DNA of 64,000 nucleotides from the human T2T-CHM13v2.0 reference genome, Homo sapiens. Positions 14,201-26,796 of this stretch are shown here, one piece after another. Each line of letters starts with the position of its first letter. Positions within the stretch are counted from its first letter, which is position 1. The stretch lies in assembly GCF_009914755.1 (NCBI RefSeq), contig NC_060927.1. One strand, 5' to 3'. The notes under the pieces are model-generated. The model did no database searches. It saw only the letters and a program-made list of their open reading frames with translations, and was not told the DNA's origin. Position numbers and translations under genes: made by a program.

Positions 14201-16281
14201 TTGTTAGTCTAACACCTCTTTCCCTGCTTTGGGTCAAGCTCTGTTACTAAGTATCTAAATGAGTAAACTATTTGCACATCCTAGCAAATTGTCTCTAGTA
14301 ACAGAGCTTTGTTGGTCTGATTACAATACATTCTCTGCAGTGCTAGTCCCTGACCCTGTCCACCTAGCAGTAATTCTCCACTACAAATGCATGCTTATAC
14401 AGTTTTCATTAGAGGAATAGATGGGAACAGTTGAACTGAGAGGCAGAGCAGAATGGTTCTTTGTTTTTACATCAAATAGCAATTGTCCATCAAATCTCAC
14501 CCTGCTCTACCTCAGAAAATCAAATCAACCTCCCACAGAAGTATTTCTAAATCCTTTTATGTAACCATTATCCCTCATCCCCAACCCCCACTTTCACCAA
14601 CCAAATTTACCCCTAACATACAATATTGTTGATATCAGCATGCAAGCATCCTAGCATCCATGTTGCCTCCTCTTCCTCCTGGTCACGTCCAAAAGGTCCT
14701 GTCTCTTGAATCAGGTTTCTTCTCACTATTCTCATTCTGTTGCCCTGTTCAAGACCCTCTACCTCTAACTGGTTTCCAGTCTTTTCTCTATTCCAATCTG
14801 CCCATCACACTGTAAGAGATGTAAAGATGGCATTCTGTCACTTGCTAACTTCCATTAGCTCTGTCAATTGCCCACAGGATAAAATCTACACTTTCTAGTT
14901 GAGCAGCATGTCTCTTTATATTCCCAATCTAGCTGTTCAGCCCATCCTTTGTTCCTGTTTCCCAAATATGCAATATCATTTACTAATTCAAGTAATTGCA
15001 CATATTGTTCCTTTCACATATAATACCCTTCCACAACTTGTTTGCCAGGCAAACTCCTACTCATCCCTTGTCCTTTAAAATTCAGCTTAAATGTAATTAT
15101 TAGTAACAGGATGATATTGAGGATAGGTTCCTGAACCCTAGAGTTCTGCCCTTATTAGTCACCTATTACTTTGCACGGTTGCTAAGGGAACTATTACTAC
15201 ATACATTAAGGCCAAGCAAAAGAACAGTTTATAACTTGGTTTTGAGTTTGAACCCCAAGCTGAAGCCCTGTGTTGGCTAACTTGAGAAGGACTGCCTTGA
15301 ACTCAATTATTTCCCCTGGACACAGTAATGGACTTTTTGGTGAGACTTCATTCTAATTTCTAAATGTCTTTCTAAAAGTCCAAGAGAAAAGGAAGAGTGA
15401 GAATTGGGGTAAAAGATCACTTTTCTTAAGCAGGAAGGCCACAGGCCCTGACTTGTCTCCACGACCTATGGAAGAAGAGAAATAGGGCTATTTAACTTAC
15501 TAAAAGTTTAATTTTTTTATACTGGAAACCAAAGCTCCATCCTCTAGAAAACCTGTTCTAATAAATATACCTGAACATAATTAATCTATACCAGTTCTCC
15601 TTCTTCTTGGGATCAAGTGATATGCCAAGAAGATACCAAATAATAACTCCCCCTGAAATTTTTTCCTCTCTCCATTCCCCACCTGCACCTTCTGCTCGAT
15701 AAGAATTACTTGTTCCTTCATATGTGTTCTCTTAATAATTTGTTCATCCCTCTCAGTACTAAGTACTTACCAATTTTCTGTAATTATTTATTTAATATCT
15801 ATTTTTCCCACTTAATTTATTATTTTTAAGAAGGTAGAGTTTGTGTTTATCTTGTAGCCCTATTATATGTCCAATGCTTAACATAGGAAGACCACTAGCA
15901 CATATGATGTTGTTATGCCACTTCCTCAGGGTGAACTTGGCCTGGGCTTGGTGGGCAGAGTGTGGACCACATTTTACCTCTCCTAGTCCTATGGTCTGGA
16001 CACCTAGTGCGGGAAACAACTTGGATAACTGTATCCAGCAATCCTAGTGGAGCACATAAGAGGAATTTTAAGTATTTTTTGAATGAGTGAATAGAGCATA
16101 AAGGAATTTGCTTTGGAATGTAAAGAATATAGTGACAATGTAAAGGCTGAGAAAGTATGAGACATAAAAATTAATAGAATTTGTGGCCAGCATCATTAAC
16201 AACCCGTAAATTTTAGAAAGTTCTTAAATACACAAAAGCAATAAGAGGGCCTTAAATCTCAAAGAATTTTATAACTGGAAA

Positions 16282-16415
16282 TATAGCAGCCATATGTTCC
16301 ACATTTTCTAGGATAATCCGTATTTCAAATCTCCTGTCTCATTGTCCCCATAAGTGTAATTGCACTTGTCAGAGCATATGTCCTAATTTGGGGCTCAGAA
16401 AATATAGTCACTAAG
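16282..16415. mobile_element. MER94-like hAT-Blackjack MITE
   Basis: 'gccatatgttccacattttctaggata...gtccccataag...cttgtcagagcatatgtcctaattt...gaaaatatagtcac'. Confidence 0.6.
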
Positions 16416-16439
16416 TAGAAGGTGCATTGAATTTATTGT

Positions 16440-16570
16440 TGCTCAACCTTCTCATTTTATAGATAAGGAAACTTAGGTCCACAGAGACTAACCAGCTCAC
16501 CTAAGGTCACACAGCAAATTAATTACACAAAATCTAGGTCTCCAGACTTCTGATCTACTGTTACTTTTGT
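16440..16570 (-). mobile_element. MIR SINE
   Basis: 'cattttatagataaggaaacttagg...cctaaggtcacacagc'. Confidence 0.7.
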
Positions 16571-17599
16571 ATTATTTCATGTTGTAAGCTAACGTGACTC
16601 CCTGAAAGCCTTTTGCTTGCAACTGAACAGATATCTTGCTCATACTATTGCATCCTTTCCTGTGCTAGGACACACTGTCCTGCCAAAATACTCCACTGCT
16701 AGCCTTTCCATTTCTGATTTATATAGAATCTCTGATATCCTAAATTGCCAGGTACCTGGGGACAAACTCAGTCCATGTATTTCAGCTTAGTGTTTGCTGG
16801 GTGACATGAGAGAGGAGACAATGAATGCCCACATCAAGGTTGCTGGTGCAGGAAAGACATAATCACTGGACAATGTTGCTTAATTACTGTATTCTGAACT
16901 TTATCTCTCAAAAGCCCAGGCTTCCTGATATCAACATCATCCAAGGTGACTTTCTGGAATAAAAGAGGAATGTGAGAACATCTGGTAGGGGATGGCTCAA
17001 TAAAGAAAAAGTACAGGGAATACCCAGCAGCCAATCTGAAACTGCCATTCATAAAGAACTCATCACATAGGGAAAGGGCATATGGAGTTATTAAGAAAAA
17101 GAACAGAAAGAGTGGGTAAGTTGAGAATAATTAATATGAGCATATTATGGATACTGTGGTACAGTCACAGTAATGAAATACTTAAAATCAAGGTGAACAC
17201 ACCAATACTACTGACTGGAGGACTTGTGCAAGTTAAAAACTTGAAAATGGAGGAAAATTAGTTTTAAAAATGATAAAGTACACACAGAAGAGAATGTGGA
17301 GCTATTTCAAACATTGTCATGGAAGAACGTCAGTCAAGACTTAAATTGGACTTGATATGTGACTTTGAACAAGGTCACTAGTTTCCCTGGGCCTCAGTCT
17401 CCCTACTTGTAAAGACAAGAGCTGGGCTCCATAATCTCTCAGCACCCTTCCATGATCTTTAATTTTTCATGATCCCAACAGAATCATTGCCACCTTTTGT
17501 TTACTTGCAGATAATTTCATTTGTAATAAAATTACTAATACTGTGAAGCGTTGTGTTTCCCAGATCAATGAAAAACTTCTATTTAGTGTAGGCTCCAGT

Positions 17600-17825
17600 C
17601 CACAGATTAGCAAATTTTCCTGTAAAGGGCCAGATAATAAGTATTTTAGGTTTTGTGAACCCTATGGTTTCTGTCATAACTACCGATATCTGTCATTGTA
17701 GCATGAAAGTAGCCGTAGACAATAGGTAAAAAAAAAATGAGTTGGCTATGTTCCAATAAAACATTATTTATAATAACCGGTAGCAGGCTAGATTTGGCCT
17801 ATAGGCTTTAGTTTGCCAACTCAAG
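17600..17825 (+). mobile_element. MER58A hAT-Charlie MITE
   Basis: 'gcaaattttcctgtaaagggccagata...tgttccaataaaac...gatttggcc...agtttgccaac'. Confidence 0.8.
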
Positions 17826-18469
17826 TATGGGAAATAAATATAGTGTCATTTAATGGAATATTTTTATTTTGATATTTTAGGACTAATCCCCACAGATGTA
17901 TGTATTATATACATAATAAGAATAAAATAAAGCTTTTGAAATGAAGCAAGTATGCACATTTGATAATCAATGTAGACTGCCCCATTATTTAACTCCAGAA
18001 GCCACCATTCACAATGACGTTGTAAAACATTCTAGAAATCTATAGGGTATAATGTGAGTGATGGAGATATGCAACCTCTATGGCCCTATTGGTGGTATTG
18101 ATACCTCAGTAACGCTACCAGCTTGACAGGGAGAAATTGGTACCAAGAAACGACAAAGGAGTGGCAGTGGCATAGAATTCCTGCATCCTACTTCCTCCAG
18201 ACACTCTAAGTCTGCCTTCTCCATCCTATTTCTTTCTCCCTCTGCAAACAAAAGGTTCTGATCTCAGAAAAGAGATGGCCTACCAGTCATTTAAACTCAA
18301 GTGAGTTTCACAAGTTGCCTTTTTCAGAGTGTTATTACTAAGATTCTTAACTATTGGAGGTAGTCCAAGGAATTATGAGACAATAAGGGAGTGCTCCTGA
18401 AATTACAGCTTATTAACTCTTTGCTACTTGTGCTGCCTTTATATTGTTAATCTATTTTTCAGATTCTTT

Positions 18470-18958
18470 TCTCCAGAAATAGCATTCTTCTGTTTTATTT
18501 TTTTGTTTGTTTTTGGAAGTCTTACCCCACATCAAATCTAAGGTTCCAGGGGAAGTTACTAATGAGTACACTTATAACTAATCACAGTTGATCAACTCAA
18601 GGACAGGCATGTGACCCAAGCCAGGCCAATCAGAGTTCTCTTCTAGGATATTTCAACTCAGAACTCGGGTAAAAAGGGTGTCTCTCTCTCTCTGGTAGGG
18701 AAGCTGCAAAAATGAGTCCTCTGTGTTCAGCCACGTTCCCTGCCATGTCGATGAAGCAGATCTGAAAGAATAAAGCAGGAATGCAGTGAGAAATTGAGAG
18801 AAGAGATAGGATTTGAGAGAGATTCTCAATAATATTGTGCCCCTACCTTCTCAGAATGTGGGGATGCCCTTCAGTATCCTAATAAAGTTCACTTTTTGCC
18901 CAGAATAATTCAAATAGTATTTTCGCCACTTGTAACCAAAATATGTCTAAAAAATACA
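18470..18958 (+). mobile_element. LTR33/LTR16-like ERVL solo LTR
   Basis: 'ggcatgtgacccaagccaggccaatcagagt', aataaa, 3' end 'cacttgtaaccaaaa...aataca'. Confidence 0.65.
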
Positions 18959-21900
18959 GCCCTATAACTCTTAGGTTTCTTCAAGCCTCTGCCCCCTGCC
19001 AGATCTGTACTCTTGTTTTATGTTTTTAAGCTCCTTTTTCCTTTCCTTCACTAGGATTATCCCAAATCCTGTCAACTGAGGAAAAGTTAAATTCCCTGCC
19101 ACTGTATAGCATGCATCAATCATACTCTATACTTATGCCTACATGCTAATAGGGTTTCTGTGGTGTGAGCATCTTTGTAGTTTGACAGAAAACTCTTGAT
19201 CTACAGACTTTGGGTATTATAAGAAGAATTTAGTCTGCACTCCTTTCCCAATGGCCCTCAGACATAAAGAGAACAAAATAGCAAGTAAGCACGTGATGGG
19301 TCACCAATCTCAACAAAGTGCAGGAAAGAAGTATTAATACTTCAAAGGCTTCAATAATCAAATTCTATATCAGCCAACTATAAGAACCCCAATGTCCTAG
19401 AAAGGTCAATCCCACCACTTTGTTTTGTTCTCCTTGCTTGTTGGTTGGTTATCATTTTGATAGACAATACAAGCACATGGCACAACCTTGAAAGGTTATA
19501 AAAGTGTTCATGGTGAAAAGTAAATCTCTCCCTATCCCTGCCTTTTCCTCTAGCCACCAGTCGGCCTCCCTAATAGCACAGCTCTTTAAAAGTTCCTTGA
19601 ATATGTTTTCAGAGACTGTCTGTGCATTCATAAAGATATGTGTACATAAAAAGTTTCATACAAATGCCAGTATTAAAATGCATACTATTTTGTTCTTTGC
19701 TTTTTTATGTAAAAACATGTCTGTTCTTACCACTTGGAATGATGCATATGTAATCTAAAGAACTAAATCTTCTAGTTACATCCACCTAGGAGCAATACAT
19801 AAATAGCCACAGTTGAACAGGGAAAAACACTTCCTGAGGTATCTTTCAGACGTGCTTCTTTGTTTTGCCTTCACCCCAACAGCAGTCGGTCTAAAGGAGG
19901 AAGCTCAAGTGGGCAAAAATACAATATTGAACTTTGTAGAAGGGTGAAATATCTAGCTGCTCACTAGATCCTAGGGGTGTGAATCTTCATTCTTGAGAGT
20001 GTCCAGAAAATTGAAGCACTGTATTTCTTTACACAAGTTGCGAATTTCAGTACCATATGAAATAGAATAAGGTATGACTGCTGGGTTCCAAGTCATTTTA
20101 CTAAAACAACAAAGGGACAACTAAATGATGGGTTATTGAAAAAAGAAATAGAGAGTTTACCACTAAACTTTTGTGGTTGGCATAACAAGAGAATATCCTA
20201 TTTTAATTATAACCAAAACCAGGACTAAATGGACCATTAATTTATAGTTATATAATCATTTATTTGTAGGTTCTCTTTAAAGGAATATAACTTCCTGCAG
20301 CTCAAAAGACTCATGAGACAGTCTGAATGACCAGTTTTAAGTGATTTTTATCCCCTCTTTGGAAAAGACAGTTTGAAATCTTTCTCTTCTACTGGGCAAA
20401 TCATTCCATAAAGGAGGACAGCTGTGACATTTATCATCATTTAAATAGATTGGAGTTTCAAAGCATGCACTGTCCTAGATCTAAGTCCGTCATAAATTTT
20501 GCATAAGTTTCTTTGTCTGCTCTGAGGAAATAGTCTGACCCTGGGCAGTGCTGTACCTGTTCTTTCCTTTTAAATTCTTCCTCACTTATGCTGTTCTTTC
20601 CCCTCATTTTAATAGTCATGGTTTTACTCTGATGGGTCTTACATGAACTATAGTATTTGAAGAGTCATCTTACAGCCATGGCCAAGGAAATATTCACAGC
20701 TACCTGACCTGTGCTGACCCTATGGAACTTCTTACCAAGTCAAACCCTGGAGAAAATTATGTCCTTTAACCCTCTTTTTAAATTTCGTTTTTCTCTTTGC
20801 ATCTCTCCTTCTATCCAGGCAACACAATACCCTCCTATTGCACCGGATTGACCAGGGTCCCTCTCTGTAAGATGTCAGGGAAGCCTGCATTCCCTCCCAG
20901 GGCAGTAACTAGGGTCTAGAGACATCTGTCTACTTTCCTCCCTGCAAAATTTATTTGTTATATAACAAACTCAACAGAGGTTTTCCTCAACATGGCTCTG
21001 TTGGCATTTTGGATCGCAGAAATATTGAAGTCATGGTGTGCAGATTACTCCTCTGAAGACAACAACTATGAGATTCACAGCTTCCATCCTTCCCAGCAGT
21101 GTTCGAAAGTATAATCAGCTCAGGTGCATAAATTATGTTTACAGCATTGAGTTAGGATCTCTGTGTTAACCATATAAAGATTATATGCCTTAGGTGGATG
21201 GTGTCATGTTTCTAATTTATCTTGGCATTCATTTAAACACAAACCAGCCTCTCTATTTCATGACATTTTCTTCCCAGCAGTAGGCTCCTACTCAAGGACA
21301 CTATACTTTGTGCTCAGTCAGGCTGTTTCCTTTAGATCCCTTTTGAACCAAAGAAATCAACAATCTTCCCTCTATGGGCCGCCAGATCTCTTCTTTCTGT
21401 GCCATCTCAGATTTATTCCCAGGTTCCCAAATTTCATCATTAGCTGGTACGTCCCAGAATCTGCCCAGAGAAAATCTGAATAGATTTTTCTCTGTCCTGG
21501 AGATGCAGCCTCCTATATGGCACTACTAAGCTCAGCCTCCAATCTCTGAGTTTCCCTTAGTATCTCTATGATGAGCTGTCTCTCCTCTTGGTTCTTTCAC
21601 TAAATGCCTCCCCTAATAGGCTAGCTAAAGGTCCTCCCCTCTTAATTGGCTTCTCAGAGGTTCACTTTTCTTTAGGTAGCCCCAGGTTCTCTCTAACCCC
21701 CACTGTTCCTTCACAATAACCCAGCTGGCATCAGTAGCCCACCTGGATACCACTTAACTGAGAACTGCCACAAGCATTAGCATGGTAAGGCACAAATTAT
21801 CTACACTTCTTTTCCTAGAATCCCTTTCCCTGGCAACATGTATCATTTAAAATCCCACATTTACATTTTGTCTCAGCTGATCCAAGGCCAGGGGAAATCA

Positions 21901-21975
21901 CATGGGAAAGATTGATATTTGTTTACCTAAGTTATTGCAAAAGAAGTTTGCATAATCTTTTAAAATATCTGATGA

Positions 21976-22257
21976 GGCCAGGTGTGGTGGTGGCTCATAC
22001 CTGTAATCCCAGCACTTTGGGAGGCTGAGGCAGGCAGATGACCTGAGGTCAGGAGTTCCAGAACAACCTGACCAACATGGAGAAACCCTGTCTGCTAAAA
22101 ATACAAAATTAGCTGGGTGTGGTGGCATATGCCTGTAATCTCAGCTACTCAGGAGGCTGAGGCAGGAGAATGGCATGAACACTGGAGGCAGACGTTGCCG
22201 TGAGCCGAGATCACACCATTGCACTCCAGCCTGGGCAACAAGAGTGAAACTCTGTCT

Positions 22258-22288
<31 letters not shown>
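21976..22288 (+). mobile_element. Alu SINE (AluSp-like) with ~30-nt pure A tail
   Basis: 'cctgaccaacatggagaaaccc', 'ccattgcactccagcctgggcaacaagag'; TSD ctgatga on both sides. Confidence 0.95.
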
Positions 22289-22290
<2 letters not shown>

Positions 22291-23078
22291 GATGAATTAG
22301 TTCATAATAAAATGTTAATAACTGGAAACAGGCTGGAAAGAATTTTGTACGCAGACAGACCTGGTTTTCAATCCTAGATTAGCTAAACTTGGTTTGGACT
22401 CTGTTTAAACTTGGGGAAGTTAGGAAACTTCTCATCTTCAGATTCATCTACTAAATGAGCATATGTATTACTTACCTCTCAGGAGTAATAGCAATAACAC
22501 TGATAATGTGTCCAGTAGATATTCAACAGATGTTATGTCCTATCTCGCCTCTTCAGGGTATTTGTGTTATTTTAAGGGGTTACAGTGACTTCCTCAAAGA
22601 GTTTATGAAGGCATCAGAAAGATGCTGTTTGAGGACAAACTTTGCAACAAGGCCTTGCCAAGTGTTTCTGACATTATATCGTATAGATAACATTATTCTA
22701 GCTAAGAAATGAAGATAGCTATGCTATTAAGTACTTGACTGGCCATTCTTCCCTATTATCCCTGTTATTTCCTGTCATTGTTGGTCAATAAGTTTCTGCC
22801 ATTTCGTTAACTGAAGTCCAAGTTTCTGATTATATGATATTTGAATAAATATTTCAAAATGTAGAATTTGGGGCTTTCTGTGGAATTGATGACCACCCAT
22901 TCAGCAATCAAGCTGTATTGCAAAATGTAGAGAACTCTACTACACCGATTACTTTAATATTCCTGTAGCAATCATTGTATTTCCTTGCCCAGGACCTATT
23001 CCATCTCTTCTGGCAATAGATTTTGTGCTCTTCAGCATTAAAATGAGTATGTGAACCAAGCTGAGCCAATAAAATTAA

Positions 23079-23569
23079 TGATGAGGTGCACAAAATTCTA
23101 TCCCAAAATATGGCACCCTGGATATTGAGAAAACAGTAGAAGCAGAAAGGCCACTCTCAATGTCCTCTCACCCTTTTTTCCTGAAACAGGCCATAAAACC
23201 TAGAAAGGTCACTTTCTGACTTTCTCCCTCCCTTCTCCCCTGAAGACCCTCTTGTGACAGGTGCCCACCCTGTACCTGAAGGAAAGGAAAGTCCTTATCT
23301 CTGAAGACACAGAGACACCAAGAAGAAACTGAACAGACAGGCCTTGCTATATCCCTGCCAGTTTATTACCACTAGAGCTAACGCTTTTGTCCTTTAATAA
23401 AAATCCAGTTTTCTCTGTTTCTTCGGGTCTTCTTTTCTGAAGTTTCCCATGTCATGTACAACAAATAAATGTACATGCTCTTCTCTTGTTAATCTGTCTT
23501 TTATTACACCAGTCTTAGCCATGAGCATTACGGTTTCTGCAATAGGTAAGAAATCCTTTTTCCCCTACA
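23079..23569 (+). mobile_element. MER34/MER39-family ERV1 solo LTR inserted in an older ERVL-type LTR (~22910-23950)
   Basis: 'cccaaaatatggcac', 'aggccttgcta...ccagtttattacc', 'ttctgaagtttcccatgtca', terminal 'tcccctaca'. Confidence 0.7.
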
Positions 23570-24254
23570 TTGTCCAACTGTCTGGCAACTGAGATTGGCC
23601 TGGGATAGATGCATAACCATGCAGATTTCTGCTTCAGGACATTTCTGGATTAAAGGAGCAGAAATCATGTCTTTCCTCTCTGATGGCAGAACTGCTGGGC
23701 AATGAGTTCAGGGCTGCAAGTAGCCATGTTTCCTGTCATATGGGGGAATAAAACTTGTCTATATTAAGAAAAAATAAACTCAATATGTGAGAAAAGCTGA
23801 GAAGTGACACAGAGGTAGAGACAGGGCCCTGACAACATCACAGACCATGGATCCAATTGTCCTTGAGGCCAATGTCACCTTTTCTGTGATATGCTCCATG
23901 GGCAATAAACTCTCCTTCACCGTCAATGAGAATTTTGTTATTTTTAAGTAAAAATGTTCCTTTTGGTAAAATTTTCATCTTCTTAGCTCAACTCTTTAGG
24001 AAAATTCACAACCCTCACCAAAATAAATAGATTGCCCTATACCATGGGAATCCACTCATAACCTTGAGGAAGAGATGACTTTCATTTTTCCTATTAATCT
24101 ACTTTTCTATCCCGTCTCCTTTCTTCTGCTATCTTACTTCATTTGTTTACCCCTTCTGACATCTTTTCCTTTTCTTTAGGGGTTTTTGTTTTTATCCTCA
24201 AACAATCTTAGTTTCACTGAATCATGTTGATGCTTCAACATAACATGCCATCTG

Positions 24255-24690
24255 GTCAAGATATGCTAGGCTTTGCTGCAATAACATCACCATCTCAGAG
24301 GAAACAACAAGGCTTCATTTAGTGCTCATATTAGGTGTACCACAGGGCAGGTGACTCTCCAGAACAAATATCTGTATGTGGCAACTCAAAATCCCATCTA
24401 ATGCATACATCCTCCATGGCTAGGGGAGGATGTATGCATTAGATGTATAATAGTACCCTTTATATTCTTTATACAACCATACTATAATTGTACATCTAAT
24501 GCATACATCCTCCATGGCTAGCACAAGAGGGGAAGAGAAGGATGGAGATTTGCACACAAGCTCTGCCCAACACTGATACATGTCACATTTGCAGAAATTT
24601 TACTGGCAAAAGCACCTCCACGGTCAAAGATTCTCTCTGGGGAAAAAGAAGAGAATTGGATATGGGTGAGCTTTGGAGGTTTCTACCACA
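24255..24690 (-). mobile_element. Old MLT1 (K/J-like) LTR hosting a recent micro-triplication
   Basis: 'gctaggctttgctgcaataaca', 'ttctaccaca' end; highly diverged. Confidence 0.5.
24395..24521. repeat. Direct-inverted-direct micro-triplication
   Basis: 29-mer catctaatgcatacatcctccatggctag at 24395-24423 and 24493-24521; exact reverse complement of its first 21 nt at 24425-24445. Confidence 0.95.
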
Positions 24691-25353
24691 CTTCTCACTT
24701 CTTTGTTTTACCACTAGAATTCTTAAGCAATTAGGCCATAATCAATGTTAACTTTAACCACTCAATTCTTAACTACTTGCAAATTTGCTTGACTAGACTG
24801 CGGGTTGGTTGTAGCTCTGCTGAAAGCTGGGGCCCTGCCCTTGTGTCTTCTTCTCTGGGATCTAAGCAAAGAAGCAGCTCCCACATTTCTGTTTAGCTAT
24901 TTCATTCCTCACCTTTGCTCTCGTGCCTTTAATTAGCCAAAGTATATCCTGCATCCAAACCCAAAATCTATGAGGCTGGGAAGCATACTCCTCCCACAGG
25001 AGGCACACAAAGTCACATGGCAATGGGTGAGGACTCTCCTAGAAGGAAACCAACTTGAATAATAGTAGGCAATAATGTCGTCTGCCCCAGAACTCTGCTG
25101 GCACTGCTCTCTTGACCTTTTCTTGTTCTGCCAACCTTCTCTTATTTAGGGCCCCTCATTTTAAATTGTCTCAACCACAACATCCATGCAAACAGTATAT
25201 AATTTACATCTCTGATACTATTTGTTTCTCTCAAGATTTCATTTAAAATATTAAATAATTTGCTGGAATTCTAAATTGTCTAAATTGCAATTCCCATCAC
25301 CACCCCACAGACATACCTTAAATATATTTCCTCAGGTAAGCACTTTTCCATCA

Positions 25354-25976
25354 TATCAGGGCTCAGTACACAATACCCTGAAGTATGGTGCCTTAACATA
25401 CTGAGTACTATGAACTGAAGACCAATGGAGGGTCTCAGAAGCAAGGTCATTCTGTCCTTCTCCTGCCCTTCTGTCTCCTGGCCTCTCCTCCAAAGTGAAA
25501 CATAGAAACCAGAATTCCTCTTTCCCATGGCAGGTCATAGAAACTGCAATTCTACTCCCCTCAAAGAAAGCCACAAAACCTAGAGGTCACTTTCTGCTCT
25601 ATCTCCCCTGAAAGTGGGTCATAAGACCCTCATTCCAGAAAGATCCTACCCCATACCCAGGGAAAAGGAATACCACACAGAAAGGCCAAAAGAAATCTAA
25701 ACAAACAGGCTTTGCTAAGTTCACCCCAGTTTTATTATCACTAGGTAATACTTTTTTTTTTTTTTTTGCATTGTGTTTCCCTACAACCAACCTCTTCTTT
25801 CATCAGACAAAACACAGTTTTCCCTGGGTCTTTGGGTCTTCATTTCTGAAGGCTCCCATGTCATACAAAACTTCGTAAAATAAATTTGTTATGCTATTCA
25901 CTTGCTAGCCTGTTTTTTGTTACAGGAATATCAGGTATGACCCTTGCAATGGGTGAGGAACCTTTTTGCCCCTACA
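25354..25976 (+). mobile_element. MER34-family ERV1 solo LTR
   Basis: 'gggctcagtacacaataccctgaagtatggtgcc', 'gggtcttcatttctgaaggctcccatgtca', terminal 'gcccctaca'. Confidence 0.7.
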
Positions 25977-26476
25977 ATACATTCTCATTTCTGTCTGAGG
26001 TAGCATCATTTTCTGAGCCATTCCCTGCCGTATAACCTCAGTGTCATTCTTAAATCTTACTTCTTTATCTCTCCTCGCATACTGTGAAAACTCAATTGTT
26101 ATCCAATATTTCTCACTAATCTTTTGTTCTTTCCCATTATCTAGATCTACTAGATGATCCAGGTACTTATTATCTAGATTATTCCAGTATTCTTCCTATT
26201 TAGATAACTCATAACCCAAAAATTTTATTCCTAAGTATATGCCCTTTAGAATTCTCAGACACATGCAAAAAAAAAAAAAAAAATGACAAGAATTTTCACT
26301 TAAGCATTGAGTGGAAGAGTAAAAATCAGGAAAACATGTATGTGTGCATCAACGAGAGAACTGATAAATGAATTCTCGTATATGTATAGAGTGAAATAGT
26401 ATACAACATTAGAAAATGAATAAACTTAATCTCTATATATTAACATGCATGATTTTCACAATGAAATATGAGCTAA

Positions 26477-26777
26477 GACCAGATGCGGTGGCTCAAGCCA
26501 GTAATCCCAGCACTTGGGGAGGCCAAAGTGGGCAGATCACCTGAGGTCAGGAGTTTGAGATCTGCCTGGCCAACATGGCAAAACCCCACCTCTACTTAAA
26601 ATACAAAAATTAGCTGCAAATGATGGCAGGCACCTGTAATTCCAGCAACTAGGGAGGTTGAGGCAGGAGAATCGCTTGAAACCAGAAGGTGGAGGTTGTA
26701 GTGAGCTGTTCACACCAGCGCCACTGCACTCCAGTCTAGGCAACAGAGCAAGGCTCCATCTCAATTAAAAAAAAAAA
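26477..26777 (+). mobile_element. Alu SINE (AluSz/Sx-like)
   Basis: Full Alu dimer with A-tail; degenerate TSD gagctaa/gagttaa. Confidence 0.95.
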
Positions 26778-26796
26778 GAGTTAAAACACCAACATT

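Noticed and set aside
24446-24492. Filler of the triplication shares tagtaccctt and shorter words with the reverse complement of ~48065-48088
   Set aside because: Matches are 10 nt or shorter, AT-rich and 23 kb apart; compatible with chance.
23079-25976. Two same-orientation MER34-like LTRs as the 5' and 3' LTRs of one provirus
   Set aside because: They differ in length and structure, the interval holds unrelated MLT1/ERVL LTR pieces rather than internal ERV sequence, and the first interrupts another LTR; these are independent solo LTRs.
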